From: a virus | Taxonomy: Duplodnaviria > Caudoviricetes | Direction: 5' to 3' (one strand) | IMG/VR virus record: IMGVR_UViG_3300036394_000008 | Span: 1-63,590 of that record | DNA: 63,590 nt | Part shown: positions 46,869-55,612 of the stretch, one piece after another | How the letters are laid out: the number at the start of each line of letters is the position of its first letter | How positions within the stretch are numbered: position 1 is the first letter of the stretch | Program-made: the position numbers and the translations under genes | The notes under the pieces: generated by a model | Told to the model about the DNA's origin: nothing | Seen by the model: the letters and a program-made list of their open reading frames with translations, nothing else | Database searches by the model: none

Positions 46869-47080
46869 ACACCTGTCCCGCATGTGGCGCGTCCTTCACG
46901 CGCTGGACGCCCGGCCGGAAGGCCGAGGTGGTCGCCAGGATCCTGGCCGGCGGGATGACGTTCGCGCAGGCCGTAGAGCAGTTCGCTCTCTCGGACGAAG
47001 AGCTTCAGGGCTGGATTGACCGTGAACAGAAGCACGGCCGGCGCGGCCTGAAGGTCAGCGCCCTCCAAGCCCTGCGCTGA
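46865..47080 (+). CDS. sciP: SciP / DUF1153 CtrA-inhibitor homologue
   Basis: RWTPGRKAEVVARILAGGMTFAQAVEQFALSDEELQGWIDREQKHGRRGLKVSALQALR fits the SciP consensus RW..RKAEVV....G......A...Y.L..EE...W.....HG..GL....Q..R. Confidence 0.85.
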   Translation: MNTCPACGASFTRWTPGRKAEVVARILAGGMTFAQAVEQFALSDEELQGWIDREQKHGRRGLKVSALQALR

Positions 47081-47119
47081 CCCCGAACCCCCACCAACAC
47101 CCGACATCGAGGCTACGCA

Positions 47120-48322
47120 ATGAACGCCCACGCCCCCACCATCGAAGCCGAGGCCGAAGTAGACGACGCGGCCGGCAATGCACTGATCATCAGCGAGCCG
47201 GCCACCGCGTTAGCCGTCCTGACCGATCCCGAGCGGTTCAACGAGTTCTACGCGAAGGTGAAGGCGTTCACCGACGGCGTCGCCCCGGACGTCTCGACCA
47301 AGAAGGCCCGCGACGAGATCCGAAGCGCTGCGGCGAAGGTGGCCAAGGCCAAGACCGCGATCGACAAGGCCGGGCTCGGCCTAACCGAGGAGTGGCGAGC
47401 CAACACCGACAAGGTCAACGCCTCGCGGCGGGTGATCAAAGAGCGGTTGGAGACGCTCCAGGTAGCTGTTCGTAAGCCGCTGACCGACTGGGAGACCGCC
47501 GAGGAAGAGCGCGTCGAGCGGGTGAAGGGGGTCATGACCCGCCTGCAGGCCGCCGCCGTGGTCAGCATCGAGGACACGGTCGAGACTGTGCAGGCGCGGC
47601 TGGACACCATCGCCGGCGTCGAGATCTCCGCCGAGGTGTTCCAGGAGTACGAGGCCGCCGCTCTCTCCCACCAGGAGAACACCCTGGCCACGCTGACGGC
47701 CGCCGTCGCCCGGCTCGCCCGCGAGGCCGAGGAGCGCGCCGAGCTGGAGCGCTTGCGCCAGGCCGACGCGGATCGCCGGGCCAAGGAAGAGGCTGATCGT
47801 ATCGCCGCTGAGGCCAAGGCCAAGGAGGAGGCCGATGCCCGCGCCGCAGCCGAAGCTGAGGCCGAACGCCAGCGCCTCGCCGAGGAAGCTGAGGCCCGCC
47901 GGATCAAGGACGAAGCCGACCGAGTGGAGCGAGAGCGGGTCGCCCGCGAGGAGGCCACAGCCAAGGCTGCCGCCGACGCGCAGGCCGAGACCGCGCGCAA
48001 GGCGGCCGAGGAATTGGCGGAGCAGAAGCGCAAGCACGATGCGGAGGTCGCGCGGCTCCAGCAGGAGGCGGACGAGCGCATCGCCAAGGCCGCCGCCGAG
48101 GAACGCGCCCGAGAGGCCGAGGCCAAGCGCATCGCTGACGAGGCCGCGGCGGAGCAGGCGGCAGCCGAGAAGCGCGCGCGGGATCGTGAGCATCGCGGCC
48201 TGGTCATGGGCGCCGCTAAGGCCGCCATGATGGAAATCGGCGGGATCGGCGAGGACCGGGCGAAGAAGATCGTCATGGCCATCGTGGCCGGCGAGATCCC
48301 GCACACCGCGATCACGTTCTGA
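47120..48322 (+). CDS. Coiled-coil phage protein (TolA-like, EAR-rich)
   Basis: DVSTKK.R..I.S.A.KVAK.KT.ID..G; VRKPLTDWE; C-terminal I..G.IPH..I.F. Confidence 0.85.
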   Translation: MNAHAPTIEAEAEVDDAAGNALIISEPATALAVLTDPERFNEFYAKVKAFTDGVAPDVSTKKARDEIRSAAAKVAKAKTAIDKAGLGLTEEWRANTDKVNASRRVIKERLETLQVAVRKPLTDWETAEEERVERVKGVMTRLQAAAVVSIEDTVETVQARLDTIAGVEISAEVFQEYEAAALSHQENTLATLTAAVARLAREAEERAELERLRQADADRRAKEEADRIAAEAKAKEEADARAAAEAEAERQRLAEEAEARRIKDEADRVERERVAREEATAKAAADAQAETARKAAEELAEQKRKHDAEVARLQQEADERIAKAAAEERAREAEAKRIADEAAAEQAAAEKRARDREHRGLVMGAAKAAMMEIGGIGEDRAKKIVMAIVAGEIPHTAITF

Positions 48323-48329
48323 GGCGCCG

Positions 48330-48488
48330 ATGACAGCGCTTCAGATCATCGGCTGCACGTTGGCAGGGGTGAGCATCATCAACGCCTTCGCATCGAAGGG
48401 CACCTGGCTGCACGAGCTGGCTTGGGTAATTGGCGCGGTCTCTGGGGCGGCCATTGCTGCAGTGGGCTGGGGGGTCATCTCCCTATGA
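48330..48488 (+). CDS. Small two-helix membrane protein
   Basis: Manual translation MTALQIIGCTLAGVSIINAF...WVIGAVSGAAIAAVGWGVISL; ATGA overlap with the next gene. Confidence 0.5.
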   Translation: MTALQIIGCTLAGVSIINAFASKGTWLHELAWVIGAVSGAAIAAVGWGVISL

Positions 48489-49465
48489 TCAGCCTTCCCA
48501 TCGGCCCAGGTGAGCTGATCACCAACAACGGCGTCTACGACCTGTCGATGGACGCCTACCACGGCCAGCCCTGTGACGCGCCGAGCATCAGCTCGAGCGG
48601 CCTGAAGCTGATGTGGAAGAGCCCTGCTCACTTCTATGACCAGAGCCAACTCAATCCAGCGAACTGGATCTGCGAGGACGTCGATGGCGTCCAGAAGAAG
48701 GTCTTCAAGCACCAAGGCGACCGACCGCACTTCAGCCTCGGCCGCGCCGCGCACCACCTGATCTTCCTCGGCCGCAAAGGCTTTGACCGCGAGTTCGTGG
48801 TCCGGCCGGACAAGTGGAGCGACTGGCGGACGGCCGCGGCCAAGGAGTGGCGCGCGGAGATGATCAAGGCCCGCCTCACGATCATCACCGAGGAAGAGCT
48901 GGTCGCCATCACCGGCATGGCCCGCAGCCTCGGCGCCAACCCCCTCGTGAAGAACGGGATCCTGGACGGCGCAGTCGAGCGCTCGCTGATCTTCAAGAGC
49001 CGCGAGACCGGCCTGTGGTTGAAGAGCCGCCCGGACAACATCACGGAATCAGACGGGGACTTCTCCGACCTGAAGACCTGCGTCGATGTATCTGACGAGG
49101 CTCTGCAAAAGGCCCTCAAGAACTTCGGCTACCACATGCAGGGCGGGCTCGTCGGCATGGCGGCTGAGGCCGTCCTCAACGTCGAGATGAAGTCCTTCAC
49201 GCTCGTGTTCGTTGAGAAGACGGCACCCTATTGCGTCGCGACCGTGACCATCGAGCCCGAGGACATCTTCCGGGGTCGCCTGCAGGTCGAGGCCATGATG
49301 CGCCGGTTCGCCACCTGCATCGCCAACGACAACTGGCCAGGTCCCGGCGGCGTCCAATCCGACGCCCGCATGATCGGCCTCAAGAAATACGACCGCGAGC
49401 GCATCGACGAGCAGCTCGAGCTTCTCAAGGTCACCGAACCCTTCCGCCCCCACCTAGCCGCCTAA
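48485..49465 (+). CDS. RecE-like exonuclease VIII (DUF3799, PD-(D/E)xK)
   Basis: YH....ISSSGLK, GRAAH, ERS, KSRPD, DLKT, GYHMQ, FVEKTAPY. Confidence 0.92.
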   Translation: MISLPIGPGELITNNGVYDLSMDAYHGQPCDAPSISSSGLKLMWKSPAHFYDQSQLNPANWICEDVDGVQKKVFKHQGDRPHFSLGRAAHHLIFLGRKGFDREFVVRPDKWSDWRTAAAKEWRAEMIKARLTIITEEELVAITGMARSLGANPLVKNGILDGAVERSLIFKSRETGLWLKSRPDNITESDGDFSDLKTCVDVSDEALQKALKNFGYHMQGGLVGMAAEAVLNVEMKSFTLVFVEKTAPYCVATVTIEPEDIFRGRLQVEAMMRRFATCIANDNWPGPGGVQSDARMIGLKKYDRERIDEQLELLKVTEPFRPHLAA

Positions 49466-49474
49466 GGAGCCGAG

Positions 49475-50734
49475 ATGAACGCTCGCGCCGAAATCATTGA
49501 CGAAGCTGACAATATGCCGGTCACGGCCGGCGAGCTTATCCAGCTTGACGGCTCCCTGGCGCTGGAGATGGGCCGGGTCGAGATCGACCAGCAGATCGCC
49601 ACCGCCCGCCGCTATCCCCGCCAGCTCACGCGGGTTGCGGGGAACATCAAGTCGCTCGTCACCCTGGACGAGGAAACGGCCGAGGAGTGCATGTTCGCGC
49701 TCCCTCGCGGCGGGAAGCCGATCAAGGGGCCGTCGATCCGCTTCGCCGAGGTGGTGAAGTCCCAGTACGGCAACAACCGTTCAGCTTCGCGCGTCATCGC
49801 CGTGGACCGGACCGAGAAGGTCGTGATCGCTGAGGGCATCTTCCACGACCTGGAGACCAACACGGCGACCAGGTCGGAGACGCGTCGGCGGATCGTTGGG
49901 TCGAACGGCAAAATCTACAACGACGACATGATCATCATGACCGGCAATGCCGCCGGTTCGATCGCTCTACGCAACGCCATCCTCGGCGGCGTGCCCAAGG
50001 CTCTCTGGCGCGGCGCTTACAACGCGGTCCAGAGCCTCATCGCTGGCGACATTCAGACGCTCGGCGAGACCCGCGAGCGCGCGATCAAGGCCATGGCGAC
50101 GTTCGGCGTCACGCCCGAGCAGATCTTCACCGCCGTCGGCCTGGCTGGGATCGAGGACATCAAGCTCGATCACATCCCCGTCCTGCGCGGCATGTTCGCC
50201 GCCCTCAAGAACGGCGAGGTCACGGTCGAGGAGATGTTCCCCAAGCCGAGCAGCCCAGCCCTCGTCTCCAACACGAGCCTGACCGAACGCTTGGCGGCCT
50301 CTCGCGGCGCCGGCGCTGCGTCGGAGGGATTCACGGCCAGTAACACCGATCAGAAGGCCCAAGCGGGTGAACTGGACGCGGCGTTGGGGGGCGACAACCT
50401 GCCGGGCGCCGCCGAAGCAAAGCCGGAAGGCGCTGACTTCCCCGGCGACAAGCCGGCGGCCGATGCAGCCGACAAAACCGAGGCCGCTGCCAAGGATCCG
50501 GCCGCATCGACGACGCCGCCCCTCGCCCAGCGGGTGGCCAGCTTCAAGGTCCTGGTGGACGACGCCGACACGACGGTGAAGGCACTGCGCCTGAAGGCCG
50601 ACAACGCGAAACTCTGGAAGGACGTCGACGCCGGCGACCCCGATGAGGTCGGCACCACGTCCGAGCTGGAAGCCTACGTCGCGGACCGCTGCCGCGAAAT
50701 TGAAGACGCCGAGCGCGCGAAAGGCGGTGCGTGA
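49475..50734 (+). CDS. Putative ssDNA-annealing / recombination protein
   Basis: EIDQQIATARRYPR, I.GPSIRFAE, DLETN, SIALRNAI; follows the exonuclease gene; disordered C-terminus. Confidence 0.65.
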   Translation: MNARAEIIDEADNMPVTAGELIQLDGSLALEMGRVEIDQQIATARRYPRQLTRVAGNIKSLVTLDEETAEECMFALPRGGKPIKGPSIRFAEVVKSQYGNNRSASRVIAVDRTEKVVIAEGIFHDLETNTATRSETRRRIVGSNGKIYNDDMIIMTGNAAGSIALRNAILGGVPKALWRGAYNAVQSLIAGDIQTLGETRERAIKAMATFGVTPEQIFTAVGLAGIEDIKLDHIPVLRGMFAALKNGEVTVEEMFPKPSSPALVSNTSLTERLAASRGAGAASEGFTASNTDQKAQAGELDAALGGDNLPGAAEAKPEGADFPGDKPAADAADKTEAAAKDPAASTTPPLAQRVASFKVLVDDADTTVKALRLKADNAKLWKDVDAGDPDEVGTTSELEAYVADRCREIEDAERAKGGA

Positions 50735-51117
50735 TGGGCGACACTCCCGATCCCGTGGACCTCTACGTCGGCCGGCTAATCCGCATGCGTCGGAAGCAGA
50801 TCGGCCAGTCGCAATCGGCTCTGGCGGAGGCGCTCGGCGTCTCTTTCCAGCAGATCCAGAAGTACGAGCGCGGTGCCAACCGGATCTCCGCCTCGATGCT
50901 TCATCGTGCAGCGACCGCCCAGGGCGTGAAGCCCGCATTCTACTTCGAAGGTCTGGACGAACCGGTGGCGGCCGACCTGTCGCCTGAAGCCCGCGCCACT
51001 GCTGACTGGCTGACCAGCGGCGACGCATGGCCGTTGGCCCAGGTCATGGCCCGCCTCCCCGAACGGTTCCGCCGGGCGGTGACGAAGGTCGCCCAGGATC
51101 TGGCGGAGGCCGCCTGA
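50734..51117 (+). CDS. XRE HTH transcriptional regulator
   Basis: PVDLYVGRLIRMRR..SQ..LA.ALGVSFQQIQKYERGANRISAS. Confidence 0.92.
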   Translation: MGDTPDPVDLYVGRLIRMRRKQIGQSQSALAEALGVSFQQIQKYERGANRISASMLHRAATAQGVKPAFYFEGLDEPVAADLSPEARATADWLTSGDAWPLAQVMARLPERFRRAVTKVAQDLAEAA

Positions 51118-51338
51118 TGGAGGCCCGCAACGCCAAGGCCGTCTCCGTCGCAAGCTGCCAGCACGGACACGTCTTCATCCGCTTCCATGACGAGAACGGC
51201 GAGATCATCGCCTCCGCCTGCATGGACATCGAGGCCGCCAGCGACTTCGTGGAGAACACTCTCGACGAGATGCAGAAGGCGGTCGAGGCCGTCGTCGCGA
51301 GCGGTGCGCACAGCTCCAGCGCGGAGACCGCGCACTGA
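51117..51338 (+). CDS. Hypothetical protein
   Basis: ATG 51117, TGATG coupled. Confidence 0.55.
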   Translation: MEARNAKAVSVASCQHGHVFIRFHDENGEIIASACMDIEAASDFVENTLDEMQKAVEAVVASGAHSSSAETAH

Positions 51339-52477
51339 TGGCCGAGAACACGCACATCTCCTGGGCCGACGACACCTTCAACCCCTGGGTTGGCTGCATG
51401 AAGGTCAGCCCGGCATGCGACGGCTGCTACGCCGAGCACATGATGGACACCCGCATGGGGCGGGTGAAATTCGGCGGCCCAGGCAAGGGCGTCGGCACCC
51501 GTCAGCGGACGACGCCGGCCTATTGGCGCAAGCCGCTGGCCTGGAACCGCGAGCAGGAGGCGCTGGAACACAACAGCCGGATCATCGGCGAAGTCGCCCC
51601 CGCCCGCTTCGTGTTCTGCGCCTCCCTGGCCGATGTCTTCGACATTGCCGTGCCGACCGAGTGGCGCCGGGACCTCTTCGATCTAATACGCCAGACGCCG
51701 CACCTGACCTGGTTGCTGCTGACCAAGCGGCCCCAAAACATCGCTCCGCTGTTCTCCGATACCGTCGAGGGCAACATGTCGGCGGCCACGGCCTTCACAC
51801 GCTGGCCCCGCAACGCTGCCATTGGATGCACGGTCGTCACGCAGGATGAGGCCCAGCGGGATCTCCCGCGCCTGCTGCGTGCCAAAGCCACGCTGAACCC
51901 TGCTTTCGCCTTTCTGTCGATGGAACCCCTGCTGGAGCCGGTGGACGTCGGTCCGTGGCTCCGTGATCTCTGCCCGAACTGTCACCAGCCCGACTGCTCG
52001 CCGTCGCTTCGATCCGACGGTGCTGAGGTCTTCAGCGTGTGCGGCGAGTTCGTCATGCAAACACCTCGCCCTGCACTCGATTGGGTGATCACGGGCGGCG
52101 AGACGGACCAGGGCGCCCACATGGCCAGGCCCGCGCATCCGGACTGGTTTCGATCGCTGCGAGACCAGTGCGCGGCCGCTGGCGTGCCCTATCACCATAA
52201 GCAACACGGCGAATGGGCGCCGATCTGCTGGATGGCCGACGGGCTGAGCGACAGCCTCTACCACCCAGCGCCCAAGCGCGACCCTGAAGCCATCCGCCGC
52301 TGCAAGGTCGAGCACACCGTCATGAACGGCGACGGCAGCCTCCACCCGGGCGCGGCGGATCCTGAGACCTACCGCGTCCAGGACAGGTCGATGCTCATGT
52401 TCAAGGCGGGCAAGAAGCGCTCCGGCCGCCTCATCGACGGCTTCGCTCATGACGCTCGGCCGGAGGTGCGCTCGTAA
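51338..52477 (+). CDS. DUF5131 (phage Gp37/Gp68) radical-SAM-like protein
   Basis: ISWADDTFNPWVGCMKVSPACDGCYAE, FCASLADVF, LLTKRP, SMEPLL, WVITGGE, KQHGEW. Confidence 0.93.
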   Translation: MAENTHISWADDTFNPWVGCMKVSPACDGCYAEHMMDTRMGRVKFGGPGKGVGTRQRTTPAYWRKPLAWNREQEALEHNSRIIGEVAPARFVFCASLADVFDIAVPTEWRRDLFDLIRQTPHLTWLLLTKRPQNIAPLFSDTVEGNMSAATAFTRWPRNAAIGCTVVTQDEAQRDLPRLLRAKATLNPAFAFLSMEPLLEPVDVGPWLRDLCPNCHQPDCSPSLRSDGAEVFSVCGEFVMQTPRPALDWVITGGETDQGAHMARPAHPDWFRSLRDQCAAAGVPYHHKQHGEWAPICWMADGLSDSLYHPAPKRDPEAIRRCKVEHTVMNGDGSLHPGAADPETYRVQDRSMLMFKAGKKRSGRLIDGFAHDARPEVRS

Positions 52478-52692
52478 TGGCGTGGTTCTGGAAGCGAGAC
52501 GTCACTCTTCATCTCCGCTCGGGCGAGAAGATCCAGTTCTTCTGCTCGGCGATCACCAAGACCTATGAGGGCAACAAGCTCACAGTGCTTGAAGCCGACA
52601 ATGCCCCTCACTGGCCGTTCTACGTCCGTCTCGACGCCATAGACGTGATCGTCACGCGGCGCGTCCCGTTCTTCTGGTGGGCGTCATGCTGA
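52477..52692 (+). CDS. Hypothetical protein
   Basis: 71 aa, TAATG coupled. Confidence 0.55.
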   Translation: MAWFWKRDVTLHLRSGEKIQFFCSAITKTYEGNKLTVLEADNAPHWPFYVRLDAIDVIVTRRVPFFWWASC

Positions 52693-53225
52693 TGTACGGC
52701 GGGGTCCCCGTCCCCTGGACATCCGCCTGGACGGCCGAGGAGACCTTCCACGTGGCGCGCTGCCGCTGGGCCGGCATGCTCGCGATCTGCCAAGCTGTCG
52801 CGCAGGGCGAGGGAAAGCCGCGGTTCGGCAAGCCGCATTCGCAACGCCAGCGCCAGGCAATCGCCGCCGGTCTCTGCGACCTCTGCGCCAAGCCGCTGCG
52901 CCTGAAAACCAAGGTCAGCCTGTCTCACGCTCGGATCCGGCTGGACGGTGCCCAAGGTGCCTGCGTCATGCAGGTCGAACCGTTGCTCTGCCGCCCCTGC
53001 GCCATCCTCAGCATGGCGCACTGCCCGAGCCTAAAGCGCGACATCAAGAACGGCACGCTGATGGTGCGCCAGGTCGGGGGCTACCAGGTCCAGATCGCGC
53101 GCATGTCGAGGGCCTACGTCAAGGAAATCACCGGCACGGCCGTCGAGGCCGCAGGCCACGCCAAGGTGGTGCTGCTCTCCTGGAAAGATCGCGATGCGGC
53201 CTGGCTTGAGGAGCGCGCAGCATGA
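52686..53225 (+). CDS. Hypothetical Zn-binding protein
   Basis: PVPW..W..E; G.P.F..H..RQR; CDLC; EPLLC..C...HCP. Confidence 0.7.
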   Translation: MLMYGGVPVPWTSAWTAEETFHVARCRWAGMLAICQAVAQGEGKPRFGKPHSQRQRQAIAAGLCDLCAKPLRLKTKVSLSHARIRLDGAQGACVMQVEPLLCRPCAILSMAHCPSLKRDIKNGTLMVRQVGGYQVQIARMSRAYVKEITGTAVEAAGHAKVVLLSWKDRDAAWLEERAA

Positions 53226-53548
53226 GGTTCCCCGTCACCGTATCGGCCGAGGACCTGAAGGCGGCCGACTGGCGCTTCGCCGGCCACATCAACTTCGGCG
53301 GCAACGGCGGTCAGACCAGCTACGCGTGCGCCGCCTTCCCGGAGGCAGCCGTCTGCCGCGGCCGTCAGAAGTCCAAGGGCAAATGGATGTCCTTCGCTGT
53401 CGTCTTGGTCGCCATGCCTGACGGCCGAACCGCAGAGGCGCCGACCAGCGATCTAGACGCCGCCGCCAAGCTCATCTCCGACGCCCGGCGCTCTGTCGCA
53501 GACGATGCGGCCTGGGAGGCCGCTGCTCCTCAGAGGGCCACAGCATGA
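53222..53548 (+). CDS. Hypothetical protein
   Basis: 108 aa, ATGA coupled. Confidence 0.55.
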   Translation: MRFPVTVSAEDLKAADWRFAGHINFGGNGGQTSYACAAFPEAAVCRGRQKSKGKWMSFAVVLVAMPDGRTAEAPTSDLDAAAKLISDARRSVADDAAWEAAAPQRATA

Positions 53549-54288
53549 TCGCGCGACCCATCCTTTTCAGCGGGTCGATGATCCGCGCGCTGCTGGCCGG
53601 CACGAAGACGCAGACGCGGCGCCCTATCAAGCTGCAGACTGGCGACACCTTCGATGAGCGTTCCATGGTCGGCGCCATCCAGGAGCGCCGGCCAGTCTTC
53701 CACACTGTCGCTGGCCAGGACGTTGGCACGAAGTCGGTTCTGGTCCGCTGCCCCTATGGGATGCCGGGCGACGCGCTCTGGGCGAAGGAGACCTGGCAGG
53801 CCCAAGAGGCATTCGACACCATGTCGCCAACGGCCATCGGCGAGGCTTTTGAGGCTGAGCACGGAGAGCCTTGGTGCCCGATCCGGTACCTCGCAGATGG
53901 CCATTGCGACGGGTCCGTCGACCAGTGGCAGGAGAGCCCGGTCGGTAAGACGCGCGTCAGCATCCACATGCCTCGCTGGGCCAGCCGCCTTACGCTGCCG
54001 ATCACCGCCGTTCGTGTGGAGCGACTGCACGATATCTCCGAAGCCGACGCCAAGGCCGAGGGGATCGTTGAAACCCGGCCGGCCGACAAGGATGGCTGGC
54101 GGCATTTCGGCGTCCCCGGCATGGAGATCGACCAGCCGACGGCCGCCCGCGCTTATCTAGCCCTTTGGACCGCAATCAACGGCCAGGCCTCAACCGACGC
54201 GAACCCCTGGGTTTGGACCATCTCGTTTGAGGTCCATCGCGACAACGTCGACGCCTACCTCGCCGCCTCCGCAAAGACCGGAGGCTGA
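53545..54288 (+). CDS. ASCH/PUA-like phage protein
   Basis: RPILFS..MIRALL.G.KTQTRR, CPYG..GD.LW.KET, SIHMPRWASRLTL, VERLHDISE.DA.AEG, NPWVW. Confidence 0.88.
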   Translation: MIARPILFSGSMIRALLAGTKTQTRRPIKLQTGDTFDERSMVGAIQERRPVFHTVAGQDVGTKSVLVRCPYGMPGDALWAKETWQAQEAFDTMSPTAIGEAFEAEHGEPWCPIRYLADGHCDGSVDQWQESPVGKTRVSIHMPRWASRLTLPITAVRVERLHDISEADAKAEGIVETRPADKDGWRHFGVPGMEIDQPTAARAYLALWTAINGQASTDANPWVWTISFEVHRDNVDAYLAASAKTGG

Positions 54289-54289
54289 G

Positions 54290-54469
54290 ATGCTCGACCG
54301 GCAACACAACCAATTCTCCTACGAGTGCGACGCCTGCGACGACACGCTGGAGACCGGCGAGGCCGAGTTCAGCGACGCCCTGGCCCGTTTCCGCTGCGAA
54401 GGCTGGAAGGCAGAGAAGATCGGGGAAGAATGGACCCACCTTTGCCCGACCTGCCGGGGGCGCCCGTAA
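54290..54469 (+). CDS. Small Zn-finger protein
   Basis: CDAC...GW....HLCPTC; GGAGG RBS. Confidence 0.7.
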   Translation: MLDRQHNQFSYECDACDDTLETGEAEFSDALARFRCEGWKAEKIGEEWTHLCPTCRGRP

Positions 54470-54918
54470 TGGCTGCTCGTCACCGACAGGCCAAGAAGGC
54501 CGCACAAGGTCGCCCGAAAACCTCGGTGCGCTGTCAGGAATGCGCGAGGCCAGCCGGGCTGGTCACCGGACAGGTCGTCTATCCCGGTCGCCCGGATCTG
54601 CACGCGAAGACCTTCTGGCGGTGCTGCGCATGCGGCGCCTACGTGGGCTGCCATCCGGGAACTGAACTGCCGCTGGGCACGCCGTGCGGTCCGATCACGC
54701 GCGCCGCGCGCTCCGAGGCCCATGCCGCCTTCGATCCGCTCTGGCGGGCCAAGATGGCGCGCGACGGTGTCCAGAAGCACGTCGCCCGTGGCGCTGCCTA
54801 CCGCTGGCTCGCCGCTGAGCTGGGGATCGATCCCGGCGCCTGCCACATCGGCATGATGGACGCCGCTACGGCCAAGCGGGTCGTAGAGATCTGCAAGCCT
54901 TACGCGAGGGCAGCCTGA
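54469..54918 (+). CDS. DUF3268-like zinc-finger protein
   Basis: CQEC; C.ACGAYVGCH.GT..PLG; AH..FDPLW; AY.WLA..LG....CHIG. Confidence 0.88.
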   Translation: MAARHRQAKKAAQGRPKTSVRCQECARPAGLVTGQVVYPGRPDLHAKTFWRCCACGAYVGCHPGTELPLGTPCGPITRAARSEAHAAFDPLWRAKMARDGVQKHVARGAAYRWLAAELGIDPGACHIGMMDAATAKRVVEICKPYARAA

Positions 54919-55364
54919 TGGGCATCGATCGCGACTTCAAGCGCGCGCAGTTCCTGGAGCTGAAGCGGCTCAACGACAACGGCGAGCTGGTGATCGGCAA
55001 GCGCCCGAAGTTCACCAAGGCTCAGCGGCAGAAGGTCTTCGAGGACTACGAGGGCCAGTGCAACGAGTGCAACTGCGCCACCGGGCCCAGGTTCGAGGTC
55101 GACCACATCGTTCGTTGGTCGTGGGGCGGCCAGCACGTCCCCGCCAACTGGCAGCTGCTCTGCATCCCCTGCCACACCGAGAAGACCGGCGACGAAGCGC
55201 CTCGGCACGCGAAGGCCGTTCGCAACGCCAAGAAGGTCGCAGGGACCACCCGCCCAAAGCCGCCCATTCCCTCGCGCCCGGTCGGCGCCAGCCGCCCCTT
55301 TCCCAAAGACAATCGCCGCGCGCTCCGCAGCCGCGGCTTCACCCCCGCAAAGGCTCCTCAATGA
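54918..55364 (+). CDS. HNH endonuclease
   Basis: CNEC...EVDHI.....GG....NWQLLC..CH..KT. Confidence 0.92.
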   Translation: MGIDRDFKRAQFLELKRLNDNGELVIGKRPKFTKAQRQKVFEDYEGQCNECNCATGPRFEVDHIVRWSWGGQHVPANWQLLCIPCHTEKTGDEAPRHAKAVRNAKKVAGTTRPKPPIPSRPVGASRPFPKDNRRALRSRGFTPAKAPQ

Positions 55365-55612
55365 CCCGAGACCAAATCGCCGCCGAGCTGCGGAAGATCC
55401 TTGTCGAGAAGTTCGACGCCGAGGCCGCCATGCTGGGCGAGGACGCCAGCTTTATCGACGACCTCGGCCACGACAGCCTCGATCACGTCGAGTTCGTTAT
55501 GGAGATCGAGGACCGGTTCGAGATCGAGCTGTCCGACGAGGAATCGGAAAACGTCCTCACCATCGGCGGCGCGATTGACGCCCTGGTGCGGAAGCTGGCG
55601 GTGCCGGCATGA
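55361..55612 (+). CDS. acpP: Acyl carrier protein
   Basis: 83 aa, acidic; ASFIDDLGHDSLDHVEFVMEIEDRFEIELSDEE.E...T.G.AID with intact phosphopantetheine Ser; ATGA coupled on both sides. Confidence 0.93.
   Translation: MTRDQIAAELRKILVEKFDAEAAMLGEDASFIDDLGHDSLDHVEFVMEIEDRFEIELSDEESENVLTIGGAIDALVRKLAVPA

Noticed and set aside
47248-48315. Two long minus-strand ORFs
   Set aside because: Shadows of the E/A/R-rich coiled-coil gene.
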